Shown one piece after another: positions 20,076 through 30,864 of a stretch of DNA of 64,000 nt (within the stretch, counting starts at the first letter, position 1; every line of letters begins with the position of its first letter). The notes under the pieces are model-generated. The model saw only the letters and a program-made list of their open reading frames with translations, was not told where the DNA came from and ran no database searches. Source of the stretch: Candidatus Poribacteria bacterium. GTDB taxonomy: Bacteria > Poribacteria > WGA-4E > WGA-3G. Position numbers and translations under genes: made by a program. The stretch covers positions 4,832,001-4,896,000 of the forward strand of contig OZ242029.1 in the NCBI GenBank assembly GCA_965205015.1, given 5' to 3'.

Positions 20076-20552
20076 TCAATCCAGTCCAGCCACATTTCCA
20101 AATCTATCTCTTGTGAAGACAACACCGTTCCCTTCAACTATACTTAAGGCAGCACCGCCTTTCCCAGCCGCAGAAAAAATGGTTACGCCTCCACCCTCTG
20201 TGCCAATTGTGAGACTCGCTCCAGCATTCCCCTGTTTACCGGTAACGCCTACAATTCCACCCAACTTGCCAATCTGAAGACCCGCACCGGCAGGAGCACG
20301 TATCCCTCCCAGGCCGTAACACGATACCCTTCCACCATTTTCATCCACAGAGATAATAACTCGCGGCTCCCCATTGTCTGCAATCACGGTTATGTCTTCA
20401 AGCACAGTTAACCTCCGGACAATCAATTCATCAATCGTTTCAGACCCAGATTGTGCTTCGGTATTCTCGTTCATGTTTCCCAATACAAATCCGGCTAAGG
20501 CTATTAACGCACCCAAAGCCATATATTTCAACTTTTCACGTAATCTAAGCAT
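20076..20552 (-). CDS. Hypothetical exported Gly-rich beta protein
   Basis: 158 aa; N-terminal hydrophobic segment; SD AAGGAG. Confidence 0.65.
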   Translation of the reverse strand: MLRLREKLKYMALGALIALAGFVLGNMNENTEAQSGSETIDELIVRRLTVLEDITVIADNGEPRVIISVDENGGRVSCYGLGGIRAPAGAGLQIGKLGGIVGVTGKQGNAGASLTIGTEGGGVTIFSAAGKGGAALSIVEGNGVVFTRDRFGNVAGLD

Positions 20553-20633
20553 TATAGATTCTCCTTTTTATGAAACCGTGCGTAGGTTTAAAATTATCTG
20601 CTGCCATGTGTATTGCAGATGGTAATCCGTACC

Positions 20634-22694
20634 TCACTGGGGTTTGCCGAGGGCTCCAGCGATCTGAACTAAGTCTTGAATGTTGACGACCCCATCGCCA
20701 TTGACATCCGCGGTGTTTTGTGCTGCCTTGCCGAGGTGTGCTGCGACGAACACAAGGTCTTGGATGTTGACGACCCCATCGCCGTTGACATCCGCCGTGC
20801 GTCGCTGAGGTTTAGGTGGCGTCAGTTCCCACAGGAGCACCGTGCCATCCCCACTGCCACTGGCGAGTATATTGCCATCAGGACTCAACGATATGCTCGC
20901 AACACTCCCCTTATGCCCTGTGAGGGTGCGTATGTGATTTCCTGTCTCTACATCCCATAGACGGATAGTGCCGTCTTGACCGCCACTGACGAGGGTCGTG
21001 CCATCAGGACTAAACGATACACTCTCGACAGCAGCTATATGCCCTGTGAGAGTGCGTATGTGATTTCCTGTCTCTATATCCCATAAACGGGCAGTGCCGT
21101 CCTCACCCCCACTGGCGAGCGTCGTGCCATCGGGACTAAATGACACACTCTCGACAGCACTCGTGTGCCCGCCAAGTGTTCGGAGCTGCTTCCCTGTTTC
21201 TACATCCCAGAGACGGGCGGTGCCGTCTCCACTCCCACTGGCGAGCGTCGTGCCATTGTGACTAAATGACACGTCCAGGACACTATCTGCATGCCCTATG
21301 AGGGTGCGTATGTGATTTCCTGTCTCGACATTCCATAAACGGATAGTGCCGTCTCCACTCCCACTGGCGAGGGTCGTGCCATCGGGACTAAATGATACGC
21401 TATAGACGTGCCATTCATGCCCTTCAAACGTCCGAAACTGCCTCCCTGTTGCTACATCCCAGAGATGGACAGTAGCATTCGGATCTCCACCTGCGAGGGT
21501 CGTGCCATCGGGACTAAACGATACGCTATAGATGTACCATTCATGCCCTCCAAACGTCTGGAACTGCTTCCCTGTTGCTACATCCCAGAGACGGATGGCA
21601 TCCCCCAACTCCACACTGGCGAGGGTGCTACCATCAGGACTCAACGACACGCCATTGATAGACAATGTATATCCTTTAAGCGTCTGGGATTGCTTTCCCG
21701 TCGCTACATCCCAGAGACGGATGGTGCCGTCATCACCACCGCTGGCGAGGGTGCCGCCATCAGGACTAAACAACACGCTATAAACCTCACTCGTATGTCC
21801 TTCAAGTATCTGGAGCTGCTTCCCCGTTGCCACATCCCATAGACGGACAGTATTATCCTGACTCCCGCTGGCGAGGGTGCTACCATCAGGACTCAACGAC
21901 ACGCTATAGACTTCACTCGTATGTCCTTCGAGTATCTGGAGTTGCTTCCCCGTCGCTATATCCCATAGACGGACGGTGCCATCTCCGCTCCCGCTGGCGA
22001 GTGTCGTGCTATCGGGACTAAACGACGCACTCGTAATCCAACCCGTATGTCCTTCAAACATTTGGATTTCCTGTCCTGTCTCTACATTCCATAGATGGAT
22101 GGCATCCTCAAAATCTGCGCTGACGACCCTGCTCCCATCAGGACTCAACGACACGCTCTGGATATACCATATATGCTCTTCAAGTATCTGGAGCTGCTCC
22201 CCCGTCGCTACATCCCATAGACGGATATCCCAACTTGCACTGGCGAGTGTTGTGCCATCGGAACTAAACGACATACTCCCAACCCAACTCGTATGTCCTT
22301 CAAGTGTTCGGAGCTGCTTCCCTGTTGCTACATCCCATAGGTGGACGGTGCCATCCGCGCCCCCGCTGGCGAGGATCGTGCCATCGGGACTAAATGCGAG
22401 ACTCACAACCCAACTCGTATGACCCGTGAACAGATTAAGTGCTTCGTTGGTCACGGTATCGTAGATCCAAATACCGATAGAACCCGCAACCGCCAAACGC
22501 GTTCCGTCCGGAGAATACGCAATCTCCGTTATAAATCCTTTACCGAGGCGAGCCTTGGCACCTTCAGGTAAACCCCATTGTGTGTGGTCTTGTGCGAACG
22601 TGATTGCTGAAAAAATGAAGGAAGCACAAAATAGTGGACAAGCAATCAAAAACAGCCTGTTTTTCATGAAAATTTTCCTTTTGTGTTGTCTCAT
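20634..22694 (-). CDS. Secreted WD40-repeat protein with C-terminal dockerin
   Basis: About 14 GH..SV.FSPDG.TLASG..D.T.RLWD repeats; two DVNGDGVVNIQDL loops. Confidence 0.9.
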   Translation of the reverse strand: MRQHKRKIFMKNRLFLIACPLFCASFIFSAITFAQDHTQWGLPEGAKARLGKGFITEIAYSPDGTRLAVAGSIGIWIYDTVTNEALNLFTGHTSWVVSLAFSPDGTILASGGADGTVHLWDVATGKQLRTLEGHTSWVGSMSFSSDGTTLASASWDIRLWDVATGEQLQILEEHIWYIQSVSLSPDGSRVVSADFEDAIHLWNVETGQEIQMFEGHTGWITSASFSPDSTTLASGSGDGTVRLWDIATGKQLQILEGHTSEVYSVSLSPDGSTLASGSQDNTVRLWDVATGKQLQILEGHTSEVYSVLFSPDGGTLASGGDDGTIRLWDVATGKQSQTLKGYTLSINGVSLSPDGSTLASVELGDAIRLWDVATGKQFQTFGGHEWYIYSVSFSPDGTTLAGGDPNATVHLWDVATGRQFRTFEGHEWHVYSVSFSPDGTTLASGSGDGTIRLWNVETGNHIRTLIGHADSVLDVSFSHNGTTLASGSGDGTARLWDVETGKQLRTLGGHTSAVESVSFSPDGTTLASGGEDGTARLWDIETGNHIRTLTGHIAAVESVSFSPDGTTLVSGGQDGTIRLWDVETGNHIRTLTGHKGSVASISLSPDGNILASGSGDGTVLLWELTPPKPQRRTADVNGDGVVNIQDLVFVAAHLGKAAQNTADVNGDGVVNIQDLVQIAGALGKPQ

Positions 22695-22774
22695 GCCAAT
22701 AGATATAAAAATGCATCTGGACTTCAGGCAACGGAAACCAAGAAGCAGCCTGATTTATTTTGGTGGTCTATTTT

Positions 22775-23515
22775 TTATCGCCACGCACACCAAGCCCTAT
22801 CAAAGTAGCCCACATCCGGAAACGCATACGGAGCGGGTTCAACATTCTCCCGTTCGCTCTTGTCTCGGCGCCGACAGCGAACTCTATGTCCTCCATCGAG
22901 TTGTTTCCAATAGGTCGCCTGCCACGGCGTAACATAATCCCATTCAACTGACTCTAAAATCACCTCCATTTGTTGATAGAAACACATAGATTCCATGTAG
23001 GCTTCAAGCCAATTTTTATCTCCACAAATCAGTTCCCACATTTCATATTCACCTTCCTCATCTTCTGGCCGAGAACTTCCGGCTATGTATTTTTGCCAGT
23101 CAGGTGCGGCGAAGGCTTCCCATTGCGCGCCGCCTTCTTGCGTCAGTCCATAGGACGTGATTTTTCTCACATCTACAGGTTCCGTGCGCGGGGGTTTGGA
23201 TTCATCCGGGACAGTTTCGATGTCTCCGTCAGGTGAAATAAAGACGTGGTGGGTGTCCCAGGGTACCCGTTGCTCCAAAGCGAGTTCGATTTGTTCCTTC
23301 GTTGAGATAGACCCTGCCATCTCGCTGCTGGCATAAATTAGCCCCGAAGAGAGCAATTGATAGAAGGTTTCAACCAGTGATGCGCGTGTTAACCCATGCC
23401 CTTTTTTATTCCAGAATGCTTCAAAGTTGCTGTCAATGAGTGCACATACTTCAAATTCACGCTCAACAACAGTTTCCAGTAGCCAATACTCACCGCGTGT
23501 AAATCGTGGTTCCAT
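22775..23515 (-). CDS. Hypothetical protein
   Basis: 246-aa ORF co-oriented directly after 23535..27602. Confidence 0.65.
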   Translation of the reverse strand: MEPRFTRGEYWLLETVVEREFEVCALIDSNFEAFWNKKGHGLTRASLVETFYQLLSSGLIYASSEMAGSISTKEQIELALEQRVPWDTHHVFISPDGDIETVPDESKPPRTEPVDVRKITSYGLTQEGGAQWEAFAAPDWQKYIAGSSRPEDEEGEYEMWELICGDKNWLEAYMESMCFYQQMEVILESVEWDYVTPWQATYWKQLDGGHRVRCRRRDKSERENVEPAPYAFPDVGYFDRAWCAWR

Positions 23516-23534
23516 GTTGTAGTTTCTTTCTTAT

Positions 23535-26500
23535 CTACTTCCGAATTAGCATTTTTCGTGTTGCTGTGAAATCACCCGCTGTGAGCGTGTAGAGATAGAC
23601 GCCACTCGCCACGGACTCACCTACGTCATTTCTGCCATCCCAATACACCGCTCGACCCCGGCTCTGATAGATACCAGCAGGTGTTTGTCCCAACGCCAAT
23701 GTCCGAACCAATACCCCAGCTACAGAATAGATACGCAACGTGACCGCTGCAGGTTCTGACAACCGATACGGTATCCACGTCTCTGGATTGAATGGATTGG
23801 GATAGTTAGGCAGCAACGCCGTTTCTTCTGGCATCAGCCAGGCTAAAAGACTTCGAAGGTAAGCGATACCCTCTCGGAAGGCGACAGAGCCGTCATCTTC
23901 AACTTTCGCACGTTCTATCCACGCCTGTATCATCGCAGGATCCAATCCCTCTATGTCATCTACAGATAGCATCGAGGGGGCAGCTGAGGCGGTTGATTCA
24001 CCCATGTGCTGTGCTACGAGAATTAAGTCCAAGATACTGACGACTCCGTCGCGGTTTACGTCAACTTTAGAGGTGGCAGACGCAGCGGATCCCATGTGCT
24101 GCGCAACAAGAATTAGATCCAAAATACTGACCTGTCCATCCGCATTCACATCCCAAAGCGGTTGAGACCCCACTGTGATGATAAGATCACGCATGCCAGC
24201 AGGAATCACTTCACCCGCGGTCGATCCGAGTCGGAAGTCCTGCAGTGCTATTTGGCTGTTCCCTTCTGCCTTCGCAGAGAATACCACTGACAACAGTCTC
24301 CCAGTCCCTGCGACACCACCTTTGGAAATCAGTGCCGAACTTAAGCCTGTAATTTTACCCACAGTGTTATCAATCGTACCTTTCTGAAAGAAAGTCGTTC
24401 CACCACCCTTCTTCAGAAAATCACCTTCCTTCACTTCAACGACTTCAAGTACAGTAGGGTCAAACGTAAGATTAAACTGCCATCCTGCTAAATCCGCAAC
24501 CTTTTCGGCGTTGACGTGGACGGTAAAAGTATCCCCGACGCGAACACTTGGGGTATCCGTCGAAAACGTGAAACCGGTTCCGGGGGATATCACCGCATAT
24601 TGCGTGCCGGGTTCAAATCCGAAATAGCCACTAAATTCCCCACCGGCATCATAGACAGCAACCAATAATATATTTATTCCTTGTTTCAGCGTGACGGGCG
24701 CATAACTTTGATAATCACGAGCCCACACCCAGCTAAGGTTCTCGTGAACGAACTCCCCATTGAGCCAGACCTTATGGACAATATCGCTTCCGGCAAATAT
24801 CCGTGTTTGCTGTTCACGCGGCGAATATACGGTGAGGGAACCATAAACGACATTCCTTACATCCCTGTCTCCCTCCATACCAATAGCATTTAGCATTACG
24901 CGGATATTATCTCCTTCCGAGGGTGCAATTTTGTGCGATGTCCATACATTTCCCCCGACAGGACTTCCTTCTGTCGCCCCGCTTGTTGCGATTTCCAGTT
25001 CTGTCACAACACCGTTACTCGCTTGTGAAAGCAAATCCACGTCATCCCAAAAACCGGCTCCCGGCACCAACATCCATAACCAGGGGCCCTCTATTTTCGG
25101 ACCGCCCTGCGGGAAACCTGGATTGCTGAACGAATGGATTTCTGTATTCTCGCGTAACCCATCCAAGGGCGAGAGATCCGAGATGTTGTTCTGCTGAAGT
25201 TGCAACTGTTCCAAGTCGTGTAAATTTGCGAGAGGCGATACATCCGATATCTTATTCCGCGCCAGATTTAACGCTTTAAGATTTTTCAAAGATGCCAAAG
25301 ATGAGATGTCCGATATACGGTTGCCCTGTATTGCAAGCCATTCTAAATTAATCAATCCTCCCAGGGGTGAAACATCCGACACACCACTGGAATTAACACC
25401 TAATCTTACCAAGCTTTTTAATCCTTTTAAAGGTGAGAGATCAAGCTCTTTAGAGGCGTAAGTTTCCAGTCTTTTCAAATTTATGAGTCCTGCCAAGGGC
25501 GATAAATCAGATACCGGGCTGTTCTTAAATTCTAACCATTTGAGTTTCGTTAATCCTGATAGTGGGGAGAGGTCTGAGATGGATGTCTTCCAAAACCCTA
25601 CCCCCTCTAAGTTAACCAAATCTGCCAACGGAGATAGATCCGACAGAGATTCACCAGAAAGTCTTACTTCTTTGAGTGTTGTTAACCCGGATAGAGCGGA
25701 TAAATCAGAGAGCGGATTCCCGCGAAGATTAAGTTCTATCAGATCTACTGCAAACTGAAGCCCCTCCAAATCCTGAATATCCATTCCATCTGCATCAAGG
25801 TGTATCAAAGTCGCCATGTCCTCCGCTGTAATCGCAACGCCGGGTATTTTGCCGAGTGTTTCTGCGATTGCAGCGCGAAGGTTTACGTCAGGGATGTGAA
25901 CGGACTCTCCAGGGATGCGTTCCGTCCTCGGAACAACCGGCTTAACGATAGTGCTGTCAGGAGAATTCAGCGTCACAACGATTTCATTGAAATTCGATGT
26001 CCAGGTATCCCTTTTCACACTTCCACTCGCACCTGTCAGCACTCCCAAGCCTAAGTTTTTTAGATTCGCATTCTCGCGAACCTTTTGGAGGAGATCCGCC
26101 GTTTCTAACCCTACTGCGGCAGCCGCATGTGCCGCAGCAACCGGTCTTTGAAACGCCTCGTGGAACCGCTGAACGGGTTCAATACCACCGAAGACATCAC
26201 CTGTTTTTTCGAGTGCTTGCCGGTAACGAGCGGTATCCTCTTCTAAGAACTCGTCCATCTCCGCCTTCTCTGCATAGAGGCGTAACGCCCGCTCCTTGTT
26301 AAAGGGTGGATTCGCATTCTGTTCAACAACATCCCGCACCTCATCTTCAAACACCTTCATTCCCTCTGTATGACATCCGATGCAGGAGAGACCATTCCGG
26401 ACGGTTGGATCGCTCGCCGCGGGGTTTCGGACAATCTTTATCGGTGCTGCATCAAGCCGGTTGCCACCAGCATCCACCAGATAGTACGCCTGCAAACCGT

Positions 26501-27602
26501 TGGGCAGGTTGAAGATAATCTCACCCCCATCGTGTCTGAAGGAGAGCGGATGGGTAAAAACATTCTGCGTCCCCACGCTTCCAGCGAAGTCGTAACTTTT
26601 CCAATACGCCCCATACCGTGAGGTGTGCCGTTCGACAACACGGTTGTTACTCGATACACCCGAATTATTGAAACCCGCACGCCAGACGCGTCTGCCTGCT
26701 GCGTTCCGAATATTTTCGACAACGTTCACTTCAAGCCGTGTCTCTAACTCCGCAACCGTCTGTGGAAGGTCCAAGATGTCATGATAGAGTGGCGGTACGG
26801 AGGCAGTTGCGATAAACCAATCCACATGAACGAACGGCACCTCGCAATCCATCTGTTCGCGAAGATCGGTTAATTTTTCACGCAGCCGCGTCTGTGTCGG
26901 TGCATCGAACTCAATACGGTATGGATACACCTGTTCAACCAGCGTCCAGCGGTTGACTCCAATCTCCCATTCGTAGTCTCGGAGGTCAATATAGAAGATT
27001 GTTTCTTCCCGATCAATGGGTTGTGGTCTGATAACCTCGCGTCCCCAAGAGAGACTATTCACAAGTTTCGAGAGTGCCCGTTGATAGGCGTGGAGTGCCT
27101 CCACACTCTCACCGGCATTGTAGAGATGCGTCATCGTAAAATAGCGTGTGAAGGCACGGTCAAACGATGATAGTGAGTTGACGTGCGTCTCAATCGTTTC
27201 AAGCATTTCCGTGGGAGTAATAAAGTCAGTATCTCGTTCTGGCATCTGCCAATCCGGCGCGCCTGCTTGAATCCAGTTGCCAATCGTCAGAATCGCAGCG
27301 GCGGGAAGTTGGGGTTGACCCAGCGGCATCCGTTTGACTGGATCTTTTGTGAGGAGTCGCTTATAGAGTTCGGACGCAATTGGTTTTCCCGGAACAACAG
27401 CACCCGTTTCGATGAGTGCCGTGTGCGCAATAATAAGATTCTCGGTGTAGGCACCATGTTCTCCATGGCAGTTGAGACAATTTTGCGCAAAGATAGCATA
27501 TGCCTGTTGGGCGAGATTCTCTTGGGCGTCAGTATTTTTGAGTCCTAAAATGATAAGTGCTAAAACAATTAGAAGGATATATTTTTCTTTGCGTTTCATC
27601 AA
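23535..27602 (-). CDS. Secreted di-heme cytochrome c / LRR / beta-sandwich / cohesin / dockerin / FlgD-T9SS-like-tail protein
   Basis: Signal peptide; CLNCH and CIGCH; internalin-type LRRs; LAGWQFNLTFDPTVLEVV cohesin; DVNADGQVSILDL dockerin; NYPNPFNPETW tail. Confidence 0.85.
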   Translation of the reverse strand: MMKRKEKYILLIVLALIILGLKNTDAQENLAQQAYAIFAQNCLNCHGEHGAYTENLIIAHTALIETGAVVPGKPIASELYKRLLTKDPVKRMPLGQPQLPAAAILTIGNWIQAGAPDWQMPERDTDFITPTEMLETIETHVNSLSSFDRAFTRYFTMTHLYNAGESVEALHAYQRALSKLVNSLSWGREVIRPQPIDREETIFYIDLRDYEWEIGVNRWTLVEQVYPYRIEFDAPTQTRLREKLTDLREQMDCEVPFVHVDWFIATASVPPLYHDILDLPQTVAELETRLEVNVVENIRNAAGRRVWRAGFNNSGVSSNNRVVERHTSRYGAYWKSYDFAGSVGTQNVFTHPLSFRHDGGEIIFNLPNGLQAYYLVDAGGNRLDAAPIKIVRNPAASDPTVRNGLSCIGCHTEGMKVFEDEVRDVVEQNANPPFNKERALRLYAEKAEMDEFLEEDTARYRQALEKTGDVFGGIEPVQRFHEAFQRPVAAAHAAAAVGLETADLLQKVRENANLKNLGLGVLTGASGSVKRDTWTSNFNEIVVTLNSPDSTIVKPVVPRTERIPGESVHIPDVNLRAAIAETLGKIPGVAITAEDMATLIHLDADGMDIQDLEGLQFAVDLIELNLRGNPLSDLSALSGLTTLKEVRLSGESLSDLSPLADLVNLEGVGFWKTSISDLSPLSGLTKLKWLEFKNSPVSDLSPLAGLINLKRLETYASKELDLSPLKGLKSLVRLGVNSSGVSDVSPLGGLINLEWLAIQGNRISDISSLASLKNLKALNLARNKISDVSPLANLHDLEQLQLQQNNISDLSPLDGLRENTEIHSFSNPGFPQGGPKIEGPWLWMLVPGAGFWDDVDLLSQASNGVVTELEIATSGATEGSPVGGNVWTSHKIAPSEGDNIRVMLNAIGMEGDRDVRNVVYGSLTVYSPREQQTRIFAGSDIVHKVWLNGEFVHENLSWVWARDYQSYAPVTLKQGINILLVAVYDAGGEFSGYFGFEPGTQYAVISPGTGFTFSTDTPSVRVGDTFTVHVNAEKVADLAGWQFNLTFDPTVLEVVEVKEGDFLKKGGGTTFFQKGTIDNTVGKITGLSSALISKGGVAGTGRLLSVVFSAKAEGNSQIALQDFRLGSTAGEVIPAGMRDLIITVGSQPLWDVNADGQVSILDLILVAQHMGSAASATSKVDVNRDGVVSILDLILVAQHMGESTASAAPSMLSVDDIEGLDPAMIQAWIERAKVEDDGSVAFREGIAYLRSLLAWLMPEETALLPNYPNPFNPETWIPYRLSEPAAVTLRIYSVAGVLVRTLALGQTPAGIYQSRGRAVYWDGRNDVGESVASGVYLYTLTAGDFTATRKMLIRK

Positions 27603-27695
27603 TATCTTCGGGCTGGAAACCCCGTCTCCAGATAGCGGAGGAAGCCCGCTCCTTTCTCCTTTGACAAATGTCGCCCTTAGGACAGGGTGCTTGCC

Positions 27696-30611
27696 CTATT
27701 TTCGGTGTTCCAGGTTTAACCCAGAAAGTGGCGTCAAATCCTCTATCGGATTTCCCCTGATCCGCAATTCCCGCAGTTCTCGCAAACCCACTAAGGGACG
27801 CAGGTCGGAAATGTCGTTATGTGACAGATGCAAGATCCGAAGTTTTTTCAACCTCGCCAAGGGACCTATATCCGAGACTTTGCTATTCTCCAGCGTGAGT
27901 TCCTCTAAATTGATGAGCTCCGCTAACGGACGCAGGTCAAGGGTTGGCGCGTTTGGAAAGATATCCGAGAGATACAAACGTTTAAGCGTCGTCAAGTTGG
28001 CAAGTGGGCGGAGGTCTGTTATCGGATTGTCTCTAAGGTCAAGTTCCCTAAGATTCGTCGCAAATTCTAAACCTGTGATGTCAGAAATTCCCTTACCCGC
28101 AACATCAATGTCGCCGACCGTTTGCATCCGCTCTTTTGTCAAAGGGACATCGGGTAGCAACCCGATTTCACCCCGAACGGCGGTACGTAATGCTGGGTCG
28201 GGCATCCATGCTTCAGCAAGATCCGTTTGTCCCGTTGTCTGTCCGATAACATCGTATTTCAGGTTTTTAAGGTTCAATCCAGAGAGTGGCGTTAAATCTC
28301 TTATCGGATTCCCTTTGAGCAACAACGTCCGTAGTTCCGTCAGCCCTGATAGCGGTCGGATGTCGGAAATGCCACTATTTAAAAGATCCAAGGTTCGAAG
28401 TTCTTTCAACGCCGCCAACGGACTTATATCCGAAACCTTTATCGGATTGTTAGAAATGTTGAGATCTGCCAGATTCAATCCAGAGAGGGGTGCCAAATCC
28501 CTTATCGGATTTCTCTCAAGCCACAATTGCCACAGTTCCGTCAGTCCCACAAGTGGACTCACATCCTCAATTTGATTATTTGAGAGATGCAAGCGACGCA
28601 GTTTCTTCAACCCCATAAGCGGACGGATATCCGAAATCCAGTTCCCCTCCAAGGACAGCATCTCTAAATTAATGAGATTCGCCAAGGGACGCAGATCCAG
28701 ATTTGTCGGACGGACAGGGACATGCCAGAAATGAAACTCCACGAGTTGGGTCAGATTCGACAGTGGACGTAAATCTGTTATCGGATTCTGACGCAAATGT
28801 AGCACCCTAAGATTCGTTGCGAACTCCAATCCTGTGATGTCCAAGATGCCTTTGTCATGTGCCTTGAGATAGGTCAATCTCAGCATCTTTTTCTGGGTCA
28901 AGGGGATGCCTGGTAGCAGTCCGATTTCACCGCGAACCGCCGCTCGCAACGCTGGGTCGGGCATCCACGCTTCGGAAGGTTGTGTTTGTCCTACTGGATC
29001 CGATACAGCATCGTATTTCAGGTCTGTGAGATTCAATGTCGACAGCAGTGTAAAATCTTTTATCGGATTCTCTTTGAGTGCCAAGGTCCGCAGTTCCGTC
29101 AGACCCGTTAGTGGACTTAAGTCTCCAACGCGATTGTCTGTAAGGACAAGTTCCTTTAGGTTTTCCAAACCTGCGAGTGGAACAACGTTTTCAACTTCGT
29201 TGTCAAAAAGGTCTAATACCTCTAAACTTCTCAGATTCGCAAGCGGACTTAGATCCTTTACACGATTGTTAGCCAAATTCAGGTAGATAAGGGAAGTCAA
29301 CGCCCTCAGTGGAGATATATCAATTACGTGATTATTCCAGAGACTTAACTCGGTTAGATTCGTTAGGTTCACAAGCGGTCTCAGATTTGCGACTTGGTTG
29401 CCTCCTACATCGAGATTCATCAAAGATGTGAGCGTAGCGAGAGGACTTAAGTCGATAACATAATTACCCTCGTCTCCTAAATGTAAATCCACTAAATTTT
29501 GCGCGAATTCTAAACCCTTTATATCAGCAATCCCTCTTCCCCCGGCGTTTAGACGCTCCAGTCCTTGCATAGTATCCTGCGTCAAGGGTGCGGTTGCGGG
29601 CAGTCCGAGTTCCTCCCGAATCGCCGCACGCAATGCGGGATCGGGCATCCAGTGGGTCTGAGTATCTTCTGGCGGCACAGGCGCGATGGACGTTGAAACG
29701 CTTTTAGAAACCTGTAATCCGTTACCGATGGTATTATCAATGGGAACGACGGCACGTCCACTTTGATTGCGTAGTGCGGGTTTCGCGTCGGTCTCTAAGA
29801 CAATAGGTACATCCACGATCTCAATGGTCGGTTCAGATTCTGCCTCGAAACTATAGGGTCTCTGAAAACGAGCGAGGTGTTGGTTGCTGAGTCCGATCAA
29901 AAATAGAATCAAAACCACAGCCGCGCCAAACGCCGCCCATGGGAGCAACGGTTTCGTAGCCGAGGGTGGGGTCAGTTTCAAGTCAGCGACTTGCTGCATG
30001 ATGTTCTGGGTTAAATTCGCCGATATCTCCACACCGCCGAGAACTTCTTGAACCAAGCCTTCCTCTTTCTCCCGTAAACGTTTTCGTGCCCGACTGAGCC
30101 GACTACTGATCGTTTTTACGGAAACGCCCAAGAACTTACTAATCTCCTTCATTGTCATTTCGCCGAGATAGAAAAGCGTCATGACGGTGCGTTCACTCTC
30201 CGGGAGTTTTTCCAGAAGTTTTTTCACGAGTTCACGCCGGCGTTCCTCGGCTTCCGCCTCGCGGTGCGCCGACAAATAGTGAGTATAGGAGAGTTTTTCT
30301 ACTTCATCCACGCGTGTGTCCTCCAGCGATTGCATCGCAGATTTTTGCTTTCGCAGCCAATTCAGGCACCGTCGATTCGCGATGACATAGAGCCACCCGG
30401 CAAATTGATGGGGATCTCTGAGCGTCGGGAGTTTTTTATAGACTTGGAGGAAGGTGTCTTGCGTAATCTCTTCAGCATAATGAAAATCGCCGATCTTCCG
30501 CCATACAAGCGCATGAACGCTTTTTTGGTACTTTTCGACCAAGATGCTAAACGCGACATCATCACCTGATAAAATTCTCTGTATCAATTGAACATCGTCT
30601 TCTCTTGCCAT
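27696..30611 (-). CDS. ECF sigma factor fused to a TM helix and extracytoplasmic LRRs
   Basis: AEEITQDTFLQ..WLYVIANRRCLN (region 2); LPESER..EISKFLGVS (region 4); PWAAFGAAVVLILFLIGL TM; three WMPDPALR-capped LRR blocks. Confidence 0.88.
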   Translation of the reverse strand: MAREDDVQLIQRILSGDDVAFSILVEKYQKSVHALVWRKIGDFHYAEEITQDTFLQVYKKLPTLRDPHQFAGWLYVIANRRCLNWLRKQKSAMQSLEDTRVDEVEKLSYTHYLSAHREAEAEERRRELVKKLLEKLPESERTVMTLFYLGEMTMKEISKFLGVSVKTISSRLSRARKRLREKEEGLVQEVLGGVEISANLTQNIMQQVADLKLTPPSATKPLLPWAAFGAAVVLILFLIGLSNQHLARFQRPYSFEAESEPTIEIVDVPIVLETDAKPALRNQSGRAVVPIDNTIGNGLQVSKSVSTSIAPVPPEDTQTHWMPDPALRAAIREELGLPATAPLTQDTMQGLERLNAGGRGIADIKGLEFAQNLVDLHLGDEGNYVIDLSPLATLTSLMNLDVGGNQVANLRPLVNLTNLTELSLWNNHVIDISPLRALTSLIYLNLANNRVKDLSPLANLRSLEVLDLFDNEVENVVPLAGLENLKELVLTDNRVGDLSPLTGLTELRTLALKENPIKDFTLLSTLNLTDLKYDAVSDPVGQTQPSEAWMPDPALRAAVRGEIGLLPGIPLTQKKMLRLTYLKAHDKGILDITGLEFATNLRVLHLRQNPITDLRPLSNLTQLVEFHFWHVPVRPTNLDLRPLANLINLEMLSLEGNWISDIRPLMGLKKLRRLHLSNNQIEDVSPLVGLTELWQLWLERNPIRDLAPLSGLNLADLNISNNPIKVSDISPLAALKELRTLDLLNSGISDIRPLSGLTELRTLLLKGNPIRDLTPLSGLNLKNLKYDVIGQTTGQTDLAEAWMPDPALRTAVRGEIGLLPDVPLTKERMQTVGDIDVAGKGISDITGLEFATNLRELDLRDNPITDLRPLANLTTLKRLYLSDIFPNAPTLDLRPLAELINLEELTLENSKVSDIGPLARLKKLRILHLSHNDISDLRPLVGLRELRELRIRGNPIEDLTPLSGLNLEHRK

Positions 30612-30698
30612 CAGGATTCTCCATGATTCATGAACAGGTTTCGCAGCCTTGAATTCAAAGACTGCACCATTTAATGTGGGACCCTACCTTCCCTGTTG

Positions 30699-30731
30699 TT
30701 AAAGACACAATTTTTTATTAAAAGTCTGCAC
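30699..30731 (-). promoter_or_regulatory. Putative ECF autoregulatory promoter
   Basis: Minus strand TGCAGA-N16-GTGTCTTTAA; 18 bp identical to 45341..45358. Confidence 0.55.
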
Positions 30732-30807
30732 TAATTTAGCGCAAGTTGCTATTTTTAAAAAATAAGAAATAGCATTCATACCTCTCAAACGCGCCGTTAA
30801 AGAGAGA

Positions 30808-30844
30808 AAGGGTGGAAACCCTCTAACGTCCACCCTCCTTTTTT
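30808..30844 (-). terminator. Hairpin terminator after 30865..34899
   Basis: AGGGTGGA...TCCACCCT stem with pyrimidine/purine tracts on either side. Confidence 0.6.
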
Positions 30845-30864
30845 ATAACGCCATCAATGCCCTT

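Noticed and set aside
27472-28575. 367-aa plus-strand ORF and similar long antisense ORFs (50552..51697, 50391..51317, 52894..53856)
   Set aside because: These are shadows of repetitive LRR/WD40 genes on the opposite strand.
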